From contig JAQGDQ010000439.1 of assembly GCA_030141605.1 (NCBI GenBank), positions 1-64,000 of the forward strand: 64,000 bases of DNA, given 5' to 3'. The position numbers and the translations under genes were made by a program. Below are positions 22,586 through 32,640 of the stretch, one piece after another (within the stretch, counting starts at the first letter, position 1; the number at the start of each line of letters is the position of its first letter). Below the pieces are notes generated by a model. It did not search any database and had not been told where the DNA came from. It worked only from the letters and a program-made list of their open reading frames with translations. This stretch comes from Tubiluchus corallicola (lineage: Eukaryota; Animalia; Priapulida).

Positions 22586-24862
22586 GTGATAAAAGCCGTG
22601 ACCAACTTCCATCACTATCTTTACGGAAAACTCTTTTCTATACGTACCGACCATGCGGCACTTCGCTGGCTTCGCACGCTTAAGCGCCCGGAAGGACAAT
22701 TAGCTCGATGGCTTGCAAAATTGGACCAATATCAGTACAAGCTAGAGCATAGGCCCGGCAAAAGTCACGCGAATGCAGACGCGCTGTCTAGACGGCCATG
22801 CGAACACGAATGCTCTCATTGCAACAAACGTGAAATAAAATTTGAGACTCTGAGAACAGCTGACAATTCAGAAGCTGAAAATGCCTTACAGCCCGCCTTA
22901 GGAAGTAAAATTGACAGTGAAATTAATCAGGCATCAAAATGTGTGAAACCAGAAATCACTGAACCGGCAAAATTTGTCAAAGTCGGTACAACTTTGCGTG
23001 ATACTGAATTAGATTTTAAAGAAGGTCAATTAAATGATAAAGATCTAGCACCAGTCATAGCGTTTCTTGAAACGTCAAGCGAAAAACCAACATGGGAACA
23101 GCGATCACCTCTTAGTAGAGACGCTAAAGCGGTTTTAGCGCATTGGGACACACTGCGTTTAAGAGATGGCATTTTGCAGCGGAAATGGGAAAGCCCTGAA
23201 GGGAGTCTTTTTCGCTGGCAATGGTTAGTCCCTCGCGCTTTTCGTGAAAAAGTTTTAACGGAAATGCATTCATCTCCAACTGCAGGCCATTTTGGACAAA
23301 ACAAAACTCTCGATTTACTGCGGCAGCGCTTCTTTTGGCCGGGAATGCGGCAAGATGTTGAAATATGGACGCGAACTTGCGAAATTTGTTGCAAGAAAAA
23401 GGGACCGCAGCGAAAACCTCGTGCACCTTTACAATTATACCGTGTTGGCGCGCCTATGGAACGAATCGCCATTGACCACATCAATGATCCAGACATAGAA
23501 TCACTTTTCATTGAATTACGCAGCAAGAATAAAAATACAATAATGGGAGTAATATATAGACCACCTGGTGAAAATCCTAACCATTTTACAGACAAAATAC
23601 AGAACACTATGGCAATTGTTAATAGACAAAACAAACATATTTTCTTACTAGGAGACTATAATATAAATTTAATAAACCACGCTTCTCACAACGAAACCGG
23701 ACACTTTTTAGACACAATGCTGACCAATTATCTGTTTCCTACTGTTACAAGACCAACAAGAATTACGCCTTATTCAGCAACACTAATTGATAATATATTT
23801 ACTAATGCACTAGATTATAAGTATAAATCAGGTATTTTTCTAACAGATATAACAGATCACCTCCCAATTTTTTTAATTATTGATCTCAAAATTGAAACAT
23901 ACAGTAAGGAATACGTGCGCAAACATACTTATAATGTTCATATAAAAAACAAAATTATCCAAGATTTAAATCAATGTGACTGGTCAGATTTATATTCTGC
24001 AACTAATACCGAAGACGCATACAATTTATTTCATACTAAGCTTTCTGATATCTATAACAAACATATTAAACTACAGAAAAGCAATAACAATCATCAAGCA
24101 GCAAAAAAACCTTGGATCACTACAGCAATTTTAGTAAGTGTTAAGCGGAAAAACAAAATGTATCGTTCTCTGGTGAACAAGGCAAGTAATGACGTATCTG
24201 AAATAGAATACAAACGATATAGAAATGAACTTAATACAGTTATAAAAGCATCAAAATGTCAGTATTATAGGGATAGATTGATGACAGTTAAAGATAACAT
24301 AAAAAAGACATGGGATACAATGAAAGAAATTATGCATAAAGAAAGGCAAAATCGACCCATTACGTTGTTCATAAACAATAAATTAACTAAAAATAATGTA
24401 GAGGTGGCAAATGCTTTTAACGATTACTTTGCCAATATTGGACCAATATTATCAGAACAAATTGAAAACACAAACACAAATCCATGTACATATCTTAAAG
24501 GTACCTACCGACAAAGCTTTTTTATTAGTGCAGTAACAGAAAATGATATAATAAATACTTGCAAATCGTTTAATCGGAATAAAGGTCCTGGTAAGGACAA
24601 AATGTTACCTAAAGTCGTAATAGACACCATTGACTACATCTCTAAACCTTTGCAATATTTAATTAATTTATCTTTTCTTACAGGTGAAATACCAACGAAA
24701 TTGAAAGAATCAATTATTGTTCCTTTGTCTAAATCAAATGATCCCATGTCTCTGAACAATTATAGACCAGTGTCCTTATTGCCTTTTATATCAAAAATAT
24801 TAGAAAAAGTTTTTTACAATCAGTTATCTCATTATTTAATAAAAAAAAACAATTCTGAGTAA
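22586..24862 (+). CDS. Chimeric ORF: Gypsy RNase H end and integrase Zn finger fused in frame to LINE endonuclease and RT N-terminal region
   Basis: Junction ...PMERIAID|HINDPDIESLFIEL...IYRPP...GDYN...TDHLP at 23476/23477; ends at a frameshift in an A-run at ~24841. Confidence 0.8.
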   Translation: MIKAVTNFHHYLYGKLFSIRTDHAALRWLRTLKRPEGQLARWLAKLDQYQYKLEHRPGKSHANADALSRRPCEHECSHCNKREIKFETLRTADNSEAENALQPALGSKIDSEINQASKCVKPEITEPAKFVKVGTTLRDTELDFKEGQLNDKDLAPVIAFLETSSEKPTWEQRSPLSRDAKAVLAHWDTLRLRDGILQRKWESPEGSLFRWQWLVPRAFREKVLTEMHSSPTAGHFGQNKTLDLLRQRFFWPGMRQDVEIWTRTCEICCKKKGPQRKPRAPLQLYRVGAPMERIAIDHINDPDIESLFIELRSKNKNTIMGVIYRPPGENPNHFTDKIQNTMAIVNRQNKHIFLLGDYNINLINHASHNETGHFLDTMLTNYLFPTVTRPTRITPYSATLIDNIFTNALDYKYKSGIFLTDITDHLPIFLIIDLKIETYSKEYVRKHTYNVHIKNKIIQDLNQCDWSDLYSATNTEDAYNLFHTKLSDIYNKHIKLQKSNNNHQAAKKPWITTAILVSVKRKNKMYRSLVNKASNDVSEIEYKRYRNELNTVIKASKCQYYRDRLMTVKDNIKKTWDTMKEIMHKERQNRPITLFINNKLTKNNVEVANAFNDYFANIGPILSEQIENTNTNPCTYLKGTYRQSFFISAVTENDIINTCKSFNRNKGPGKDKMLPKVVIDTIDYISKPLQYLINLSFLTGEIPTKLKESIIVPLSKSNDPMSLNNYRPVSLLPFISKILEKVFYNQLSHYLIKKNNSE

Positions 24863-26476
24863 TAAACAATTTGGTTTCAGAAAAGGTAGCTCCACTGAAA
24901 TGGCCTTAACAAAAATTATAGAAAATATCATTAATACTGTTGAAAAAAATGGCACATCCTACGGAGTATTTTGCGAGACCTATCAAAAGCATTTGATACA
25001 GTAAACCATGACATTCTGCTAAATAAGTTGTACTATTACGGTATCAGAGGTTTGCCTCATATGTGGCTAAAGAATTATTTAACAGGGCGCACTCAGACAG
25101 TAAAATATAATAACGCTTTTTCAGATGTAACAACAATCAAATGTGGCGTGCCCCAAGGCTCAGTCCTCGGGCCACTACTTTTTCTAATTTATATTAATGA
25201 CATCAAATTTTGTGTTAAAAATCACAATTTATTTCAGTTTGCTGATGATACAAGCATTTTTTTTAGCTTTCGTAAAATAGAAACCAATATTGACTACATA
25301 AATACAGTTCTACATGATCTAGCTATATGGTTCAAAACAAATAAACTTTCACTAAATTCATCAAAAACAAAATACATTCTGTTTAGATCCCGAAATAAAC
25401 CAATTCAGGCGAACCACGATTTAACAATAGACCATAAAAGAATTACACGTGTAAAAGAACTGAAATTTCTGGGATTAATACTGAATGAGCATCTAGACTG
25501 GCGACCACATATATTCATGATCAGATTAAAAATATCAAAAAATATAGGTATCATCTCATATATTAAAAACTTTCTGAACACCGAACATCTTCTAACATTA
25601 TACAACAGTTTAATATTATCATATTTAAATTACTGCACAACATTATGGGGCTTTACTTATACTACAAATTTAGAATGCTTAAGAGTTTTACAACGAAAAT
25701 TTTTACGTGTCATCTTCAAACTAGACAAAAGGAGCACAATTACTACTACACATTTTAAGCAATGTCAAATATTACTTCTGGATGATGTTATTAATTTTAA
25801 TGGATGTATATACATGTATAGAACCAACAACAACTTATTTCCAACTTTTTTTGAAAATCCAGTCAAGATAAATGTAAAAAAATACAATACCAGACATAAT
25901 GAATATATACCAAGACGTTGTAGAACAAATATGGCGAAACACTTCATCAGCTATATGGGGCCAGTCCTATGGAATAGACTAAGCCGCAATTCGAAATGTA
26001 GTCACTCCCTTTTAACTTTTAAAAAAACCGTCAGAAAAGAAATATTTCAAAAGTATTGAAGAGTAACACAATTTGATAATGGTAATAACCTGCATTTTTT
26101 GCTACAGTAATCTTAATGTAACGTGACTATGTTTAACAGGATACTGAACACTTTGTAACCATGATCACAGTTTTTCTTAGTTTCTCGCTCCATTTCATCT
26201 TTCATTCACTACTCCCCCCCCCATTTTTTTAAGATTTCCACATACAGTTTGGCCTGTCAAGCTATGCTTTTAGGCTCAAACTGTATGCATCAAAAAATTA
26301 TTCTGTAATGAAATTTGCACATGTATATCCCGCATTATGAAATTTCTTAATAATATTGCATTTATTCATATTTATATTTATATTTACTCAAATGGAAAAT
26401 TATCTGTATTTTAATGCTAATTGTAATGATGCAATGTGGAAAATGAATAAAACTCTTGAAACTCTTGAAACTCTTG
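23477..26476 (+). mobile_element. Nested 5'-truncated CR1-group LINE (A)
   Basis: APE endonuclease and RT ([26 protein letters not shown]); frameshifts near 24845 and 24976; 3' hairpin at 26241-26287; AATAAA plus (AAACTCTTG)3 tail. Confidence 0.95.
24971..26059 (+). CDS. LINE A reverse transcriptase, C-terminal frame
   Basis: RT motifs as above, in a 362-codon open frame. Confidence 0.9.
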   Translation: MRDLSKAFDTVNHDILLNKLYYYGIRGLPHMWLKNYLTGRTQTVKYNNAFSDVTTIKCGVPQGSVLGPLLFLIYINDIKFCVKNHNLFQFADDTSIFFSFRKIETNIDYINTVLHDLAIWFKTNKLSLNSSKTKYILFRSRNKPIQANHDLTIDHKRITRVKELKFLGLILNEHLDWRPHIFMIRLKISKNIGIISYIKNFLNTEHLLTLYNSLILSYLNYCTTLWGFTYTTNLECLRVLQRKFLRVIFKLDKRSTITTTHFKQCQILLLDDVINFNGCIYMYRTNNNLFPTFFENPVKINVKKYNTRHNEYIPRRCRTNMAKHFISYMGPVLWNRLSRNSKCSHSLLTFKKTVRKEIFQKY

Positions 26477-29232
26477 ACGTGGCAGGTCCTTTTCCGTTGT
26501 CTAATTCTAACAACAAATACATATTAGTTGCAATGGATTATTTCACAAAATGGCCGGAATGCTATCCCTTACCGAACCAAGAAGCCGAGACTATAGCTAC
26601 AGTATTGGTAAACAATTTCTTTTGCCGATTTGGGTTACCAAATGAAATTCATTCAGACCAAGGCCGAAATTTTGAAAGTAAGATCTTTCAGCAATGCTGT
26701 AATCTTATGGGTATTGAGAAAACTCGAACGACTGCGCTTAACCCAAAAAGCGATGGAATGTGCGAGCGCTTTATAAGGACCATTTCCCGACAGCTTGCGC
26801 AATTCAGTAGTGCCCACCAGCGTGATTGCGATGAAAAGATTCCTTTGTTTTTGCTTTCATACAGATCGGCTGTACATGACTCAACTGGATTCACCCCTGC
26901 TCAAGCCATGTTTGGTAGAGAATTAAGGCTGCCTCTTGATCTATTAACAGGACGCCCACCTTCAAACATTGATACAAGTACTGTCGTCCAGTATGTTAAA
27001 AATCTTGAGAATCGTCTACATGACGTTCACCATTTCATCAGAGAAAACCTTCGCATTTCTCATGAAACAATGCGTAGACGCTATAATGTCCGTTCTTGTT
27101 ATGTTCAATTTTCTGTTGGGGAAAAAGTTTGGTTTTTTAACCCTCAGCGTAAAATCGGTCGCAGTCCAAAGCTTCAGTCTGATTGGCAGGGACCTTATGA
27201 AATCATCACACGCCTCTCAGATGTTGTCTATCGTATACGTTTGCCGGGACCAAGACAAAGATGCAAAATTGTTCACGCAGATCGTCTGTGGCGTTATACG
27301 CCAGCCGCCGGATTCTCCTGGACACCTGGTGAAACGCCTTCACTCAATGAATTATCTGACAGCCAAGCTACAGTAACTTATAGCCTTGATCTCGAAGTTA
27401 GTGCCGATAAATCCAATGCCGATCCATCGGGTATCGATAAATCTAAAACTGAACAGAACATTGAACTCGAGCCACAGCTGACAGCAGTTGATCGTTCTGT
27501 ATCTCTCGATTCTTTCGGATTGCCGCCACCTCCATATTCTCCATGCAGAATAGCTGATTATAATGATGAGCACAATGAAAATGCATCGAGTTTTCCAGCC
27601 CAAATTCCAGAACTACTTAATTCCTCCATGCCAGCCTTAACTCCTATTCGTGATCCACTTTCTCTTCCCCATGACAATTCATCCAACGGTGATGTACGGC
27701 TTTCATTGCCCACCTTCTCTCCACCTATACCAAAACCACGAACATCCGCTCCCAAAAGAGTTGATTTTCCCGGCTCAACCACTCTTAATTTACTTGACAA
27801 GGCCGACTCTGCTGAATTTATTTCGGACGAATCAACTCGACAACTCATTAACGAATGGCTTCCTGGTAGCTCCAGTTCAGCAATTGTTGAGGACTCCTCT
27901 GAAAAGGCCGGCGATAGTGTACGCACGTCTCTTTCGGGCGAGCAGTCTACCCAGGTGAACCATTCTAGGAGCAATGTTGAGTGTAATCTTGAGATAAACA
28001 ATAGAAAAGCTGTTGATAGACAACCCAAATCGTTTCAATCCAATCATCATTCCACAATATTAGCAACTGCTGAAATCATAGACAATCTTCTGACAAACCT
28101 AGACAATAAATTACTTACCTGCGGCATTTTTCTTGATTTAACAAAAGCTTTTGACACCGTTCAACACGACATTTTACTCAACAAAATGGACTATTATGGT
28201 ATCCGTGGAATCACGCAAAAACTATTCCAGTCATATCTTACGAACAGACACCAGTTTACAGTTGTTGACAATTTTGCCTCTGACCTATGCTCAATACAGT
28301 GTGGTGTACCTCAAGGATCAACCTTGGGTCCACTTCTTTTCCTGATATATATAAATGACCTCCCTCTTTGTACTAACATGCAAACACGACTTTTTGCTGA
28401 TGACACTAACCTCTTTTTAGCAGACAACGATACGCAAAATCTTGAGCTTAGAAGTAATGAAGAACTGATCAAAATTAACACATGGATGCGTACAAATAAG
28501 TTAACAGTAAACTATAATAAAACAAAATTTATGATCATAAGAAATAAATTTGAAAACAATGAAAACTCCATTATAACAGTATCCATGCAAGACTGTTTAT
28601 TAGAACAAGTATCAGACATAAAATATCTGGGCGTCTACATAGATCACACCCTTAATTGGTCAACACACATAAAAAATATTACCTACAAAGTAAGCAAAGT
28701 TACAGGTATATTTTTTAAATTGAGGCATTACTTGAGCACGGATATACTAAAAATGATTTACTTTGCCATTGTGTACCCACACATTAACTATTGTATCTTA
28801 TCGTGGGGCACAGCAAAAAAATCTGTTTTGAAACCACTTACAGCAGCACATAACAAAATTATCAGAACAATGACTTTTGCTGGGTTCCGAGATCATGCTA
28901 CCCCCTCCTATTATGCTTTGCAATTATTAAAAATTAATGAAATTTATAAGCTTGAGTTAGCGAAATTCATGTTCAACTATAAAAAGGGCATTCTACCTAA
29001 ATTATACGGCAATTATTTCAAAAAGATTAGTGACGTTCAGCAGTATTCTACGAGAGCAGCTACCAAACAAAACTATTTTCAGGAAAGATTTAACACAACA
29101 AAAGGTCTACAAACTTTAAAACATAAGGGTACAATTCTATGGAATACTCTTTCAGATGATCTCAAGCAATCAACTAGTATCTATCAGTTAAGTAAATTAT
29201 ATAAATGTCAACTCTTGCAAACTTATTATTGA
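26356..29232 (+). CDS. Chimeric ORF: Gypsy integrase core, GPY motif and Ser/Pro-rich tail fused in frame to the LINE B reverse transcriptase
   Basis: DVAGP...MDYFTKW...SDQGRNF...DGMCER...WQGPY, then from ~28035 HSTILA...DLTKAFDTV...GVPQGSTLGP...FADDT; no stop over 958 codons. Confidence 0.85.
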   Translation: MHLFIFIFIFTQMENYLYFNANCNDAMWKMNKTLETLETLDVAGPFPLSNSNNKYILVAMDYFTKWPECYPLPNQEAETIATVLVNNFFCRFGLPNEIHSDQGRNFESKIFQQCCNLMGIEKTRTTALNPKSDGMCERFIRTISRQLAQFSSAHQRDCDEKIPLFLLSYRSAVHDSTGFTPAQAMFGRELRLPLDLLTGRPPSNIDTSTVVQYVKNLENRLHDVHHFIRENLRISHETMRRRYNVRSCYVQFSVGEKVWFFNPQRKIGRSPKLQSDWQGPYEIITRLSDVVYRIRLPGPRQRCKIVHADRLWRYTPAAGFSWTPGETPSLNELSDSQATVTYSLDLEVSADKSNADPSGIDKSKTEQNIELEPQLTAVDRSVSLDSFGLPPPPYSPCRIADYNDEHNENASSFPAQIPELLNSSMPALTPIRDPLSLPHDNSSNGDVRLSLPTFSPPIPKPRTSAPKRVDFPGSTTLNLLDKADSAEFISDESTRQLINEWLPGSSSSAIVEDSSEKAGDSVRTSLSGEQSTQVNHSRSNVECNLEINNRKAVDRQPKSFQSNHHSTILATAEIIDNLLTNLDNKLLTCGIFLDLTKAFDTVQHDILLNKMDYYGIRGITQKLFQSYLTNRHQFTVVDNFASDLCSIQCGVPQGSTLGPLLFLIYINDLPLCTNMQTRLFADDTNLFLADNDTQNLELRSNEELIKINTWMRTNKLTVNYNKTKFMIIRNKFENNENSIITVSMQDCLLEQVSDIKYLGVYIDHTLNWSTHIKNITYKVSKVTGIFFKLRHYLSTDILKMIYFAIVYPHINYCILSWGTAKKSVLKPLTAAHNKIIRTMTFAGFRDHATPSYYALQLLKINEIYKLELAKFMFNYKKGILPKLYGNYFKKISDVQQYSTRAATKQNYFQERFNTTKGLQTLKHKGTILWNTLSDDLKQSTSIYQLSKLYKCQLLQTYY

Positions 29233-29888
29233 GATAAGCGTACAGTATTTTGCAACAACTTTTATTCCTTTTGCCCTCTAATAAATTGTCTAACTGCGTG
29301 CACGAGCAGTTACTGTTATAGCAGGATCAATTAACTTTCATATTTAATTGTTTATTGTCTAACTTCTGTAGATCATTTTCAGTCTGGACTTCAATTGTCA
29401 ATCTCCTCATGCAGTCATACAGGTAATGTTTTGTGCTTTAACTATCTGCCTATTCATTTTACATCAGATCATCAAAACTCGCTCCGTATTTTTTTACATT
29501 ATGCTTGTGTTATTAAGTAAATTTCAGTTACCATTGTTATTATGTTTCTGATGTCAGATTTTTATTTCAGTTCTTGTTTCAGTCCTTATTTCAGTTATGT
29601 TTAGTTTGATTTTATTTTTCTTATTATTATTATGCACTTATTATTACTGTGTATGAATTGTACTAACACATTATAAACATATCATTATCAATTTTATGTC
29701 ATTCGTAACAGTTTATTTATTAGCAGTACTAACACTAATACACTGCATAGCGCCTATAAAAAATGTTCATCATTAACCAAAGGGCAGCTGACTAGATGAC
29801 CAATTGGTCTTTCGCTGCCCTTTCTTCACATTTTTGTTGCTAAATTAATTGTATTGTAACTGTGCGTGTGTTAAAAGATAAATAAAAG

Positions 29889-29974
<86 letters not shown>
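28035..29974 (+). mobile_element. Nested 5'-truncated CR1-group LINE (B)
   Basis: RT frame open to 29232; 3' hairpin at 29779-29823; AATAAA and (ATT)n tail at 29889-29974. The 5' boundary is approximate. Confidence 0.93.
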
Positions 29975-29975
<1 letters not shown>

Positions 29976-30232
29976 ATGTAACCTCACAACCTACGTTACC
30001 GGATCCTGTTCTCTCTCCAACTTCTATTAATCCTGTTCTCGTATCAAGCGAGACCCATTCTAGCACACCACTAACCTTTTTGGAAGCCAATGCAGCCGTT
30101 GACGTCCAGTTGCCGTCCAGTCCTCCCCGACCTTACCCCCGCAGGTCAAGACAACCTACAACCCACTATGGAAACTTCATCTATGAAGACCCTACTGCAC
30201 ATCGAATACGCAATCCGAGACTTGAGAAATGA
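29975..30232 (+). pseudogene. Displaced C-terminus of Gypsy pol
   Basis: Open frame NVTSQPTLPDP...PPRPYPRRSRQPTTHYGNF...LEK*; the RxYPxRxRxPxxxYG pattern is typical of Gypsy integrase tails. Confidence 0.75.
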
Positions 30233-31580
30233 AATGCTAGAAGAGTTCTTTCATCTTAACCCTCACTTTACAAGCAAGAAAATGCTCGAGTTTTGATGCA
30301 CTCATAGAATTACTTACGCGAAACATTTTCGTAATTCCAGCAACTATTCTATGTGACACATCCAAATTAGCATCTAATTACACATGTCAAATACGAAAAT
30401 ACGTGACAAGATGCTTGTTTAACTCGAATTATAAAACTTACTTAATAAGCATGTTTCAAAATGTAAAAATTTTGTTTTTTTTGCAGTTGTCTTAAGTCAA
30501 CCGATTCCAGTTGATGACTAGTTCTAATTAATCTTTTTCGATAATTGACGTTTTGTTGTTGTTGCTTTCGTTCTCCGAGGTCCTATTTCTAGCTTCGCGA
30601 CAAAGCCTTGTCCGTTGGCTACCATGTGAACAGAGCGACTTTGACCACTGACCAGCCCTCGGTTGCGTAAGTTAATCGAACACGGTAAGGTGTTAAAATT
30701 TCTTTTTAGAAGTTAAGTTGTCAGCATTGTTGTTGCGTATTAAAGATGTTGATTTATTTAAAGATAAAGTGGCATATAACTTTTTGTTTTTGTTTCCCGC
30801 GATGAATATAGTTGGTATAAGCAGATTTACTACCTTTTTTCTGTTGTACAGCACAGCTATTTTGGAAAATTTATGGAGAATCGACGTTTTTTGCCATAGG
30901 AGCCAATACTTAAGCTCAATAAATCTTATGCTGGGTCTGCAGTGGAAATTCACTTGAACTAACTGTATGCTTGACATGAGTACTAGCGTTCATCTTTTCC
31001 AGGCAAGCTCTACCAACCCAGGTGTTACACCCGTGGTATCGGATGCGTTGTTGCTTGACTAAGGGATAGTCCACACCTCACACCTTACTTGCATTTGCTT
31101 ATTGAGACATAATTGGTACTGGTGAATCATTAAGAATTGCAGATCGTGCGGATTATTTACGCTAAGTTACGTTTATTTACGGATAGCGGATGATATCTGA
31201 TTACATTTATTTCGTTCATTTATGCATTTTTACGTAGCATACTTAGACATATTTAGTTGGAAGTTTTCTAAGTCGACTCGCCGTTATATAAAAATTGTTG
31301 TTACTAGAAATGTAATGTTTAACTTTAATTTATTCATACAAGAAATCTGACATGGTTTTCATCTTCTAATTTGTAATTCGGTAGGCGTTATGCACTAGCT
31401 CATGTTGTTTTGTAGAATTGCCAGTCTTTGCAAAATATTTCTGTGATTCTATTTGATTAATGGAAGGAAAAACTTTTTGTATTGCCGATTAGCAGTGCTC
31501 GAGCCTTCTGGTCTGTGTGGGTAGCTGTTCTTCTCCCTCCCGATGGAAGACTAGATCTTCAAAGAAGGGACTTCTTTGTC

Positions 31581-31597
31581 AGGAGGAAGGGGGACAG
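31581..31597 (+). promoter_or_regulatory. Polypurine tract
   Basis: AGGAGGAAGGGGGACAG abuts the TG of the 3' LTR. Confidence 0.9.
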
Positions 31598-31984
31598 TGT
31601 ACTGCAGGGCTATGATGGGATAGTGTAATACTGGCAGGGGAATACAGCAGACTTCTCAGGTGTGCGTGTGAACGTGGCTTTAACTAGCACATAGACTCTT
31701 ATTCTGACCTTGTGTTAGTGGGAGCCACTAGTCACGTGCACACCTGAGCTTATAAAAAGGGTAGGTCTGCTGTAGATCCTTGTCAGTGGTCAGTGGTCGT
31801 CTCATCTCATCTCAGCTCTGTTCGCACTTCAGGCTTTGCTCCATTCGGTAAGTTATTTGAAACTTTTTGTTTTGGTAATAAATCGTCATTTTTATTTTAT
31901 TCATTTTGGTTTTGGTTTTTGAGACATGCCGCACAGTGTAGGCCGCGGTGCTATCCGTTCTGCCTCCACTAAAAGCGGAAAGCA
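31598..31984 (+). repeat. 3' LTR (lacks the final GTCCA)
   Basis: Differs from the 5' LTR by four transitions, a 7-bp duplication and a 1-bp indel (counted by eye). Confidence 0.95.
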
Positions 31985-32379
31985 CCAGTGGACTGCTCTC
32001 CGCTTTTAGTAGAAACAGTAAAAGACAAAAAGGTCAGAGATAAGAAAAGGAAGGAAAGAGGGATGGTAATGAAAGACAATGGATAATCGAAGTGTTCAGG
32101 AAATATTATACGGACAAAGATGCACCAAACAGCCAATAGAATTTCCAGTTATAAATGCGATTCAGTGTGGTACGCTACGTCTTATACAAATCGCATTCGT
32201 TGCAGTTTGTAAATTGACATACATTGGTGCACATGTTAATGCAATGCAGCTTACAGTATTTTTTATAAACCCGATAGCTATAAGTAATAGCTTTGTCAGA
32301 AACACACCTTGGTATATACTAAAAATACCATAAATTACATGTTTAAATGAATACTCTGCAAAAAGAGAAAGTAAAACCG

Positions 32380-32640
32380 GGGGTCGAATTAAATTTCTAT
32401 CTTAGTGTTATAACTGTGAACATCTTGCCCCTTGGAAACACTCAGGGTAGTAAATAAGTGGGGAAGTAATGAATCACTGTAGTTAATAAAGAGCCCGAGT
32501 TTCTTCATTAGAAATAAATCCCGTAATTTTAATAATTGAAATTCTTTGAAAAGTTGTTCTCTGTGTGCAAGGTACAGTGCGTGAGCGACAATTCTGATTG
32601 CTTTTTTCTGTAATTTAAACATACGATTATTATTATACAC
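32380..32640 (-). mobile_element. LINE RT 3' fragment
   Basis: FKLQKKAIRIV...YLAHREQLFKEFQLLKLRDL...VHSYNT. Confidence 0.85.

Larger units (their letters stand above)
21433..31984 (+). mobile_element. Ty3/Gypsy LTR retrotransposon, internally deleted (no protease or RT), interrupted by two LINEs
   Basis: Paired LTRs, PBS and PPT; RNase H C-terminus (RELLAVIKAV...RTDHAALRWL); integrase HHCC finger, DDE core and GPY motif. Confidence 0.95.

Noticed and set aside
23026-23634. 202-aa antisense ORF over the integrase/LINE junction (also 27558-28028)
   Set aside because: Shadow frames of the sense coding sequence; no motifs.
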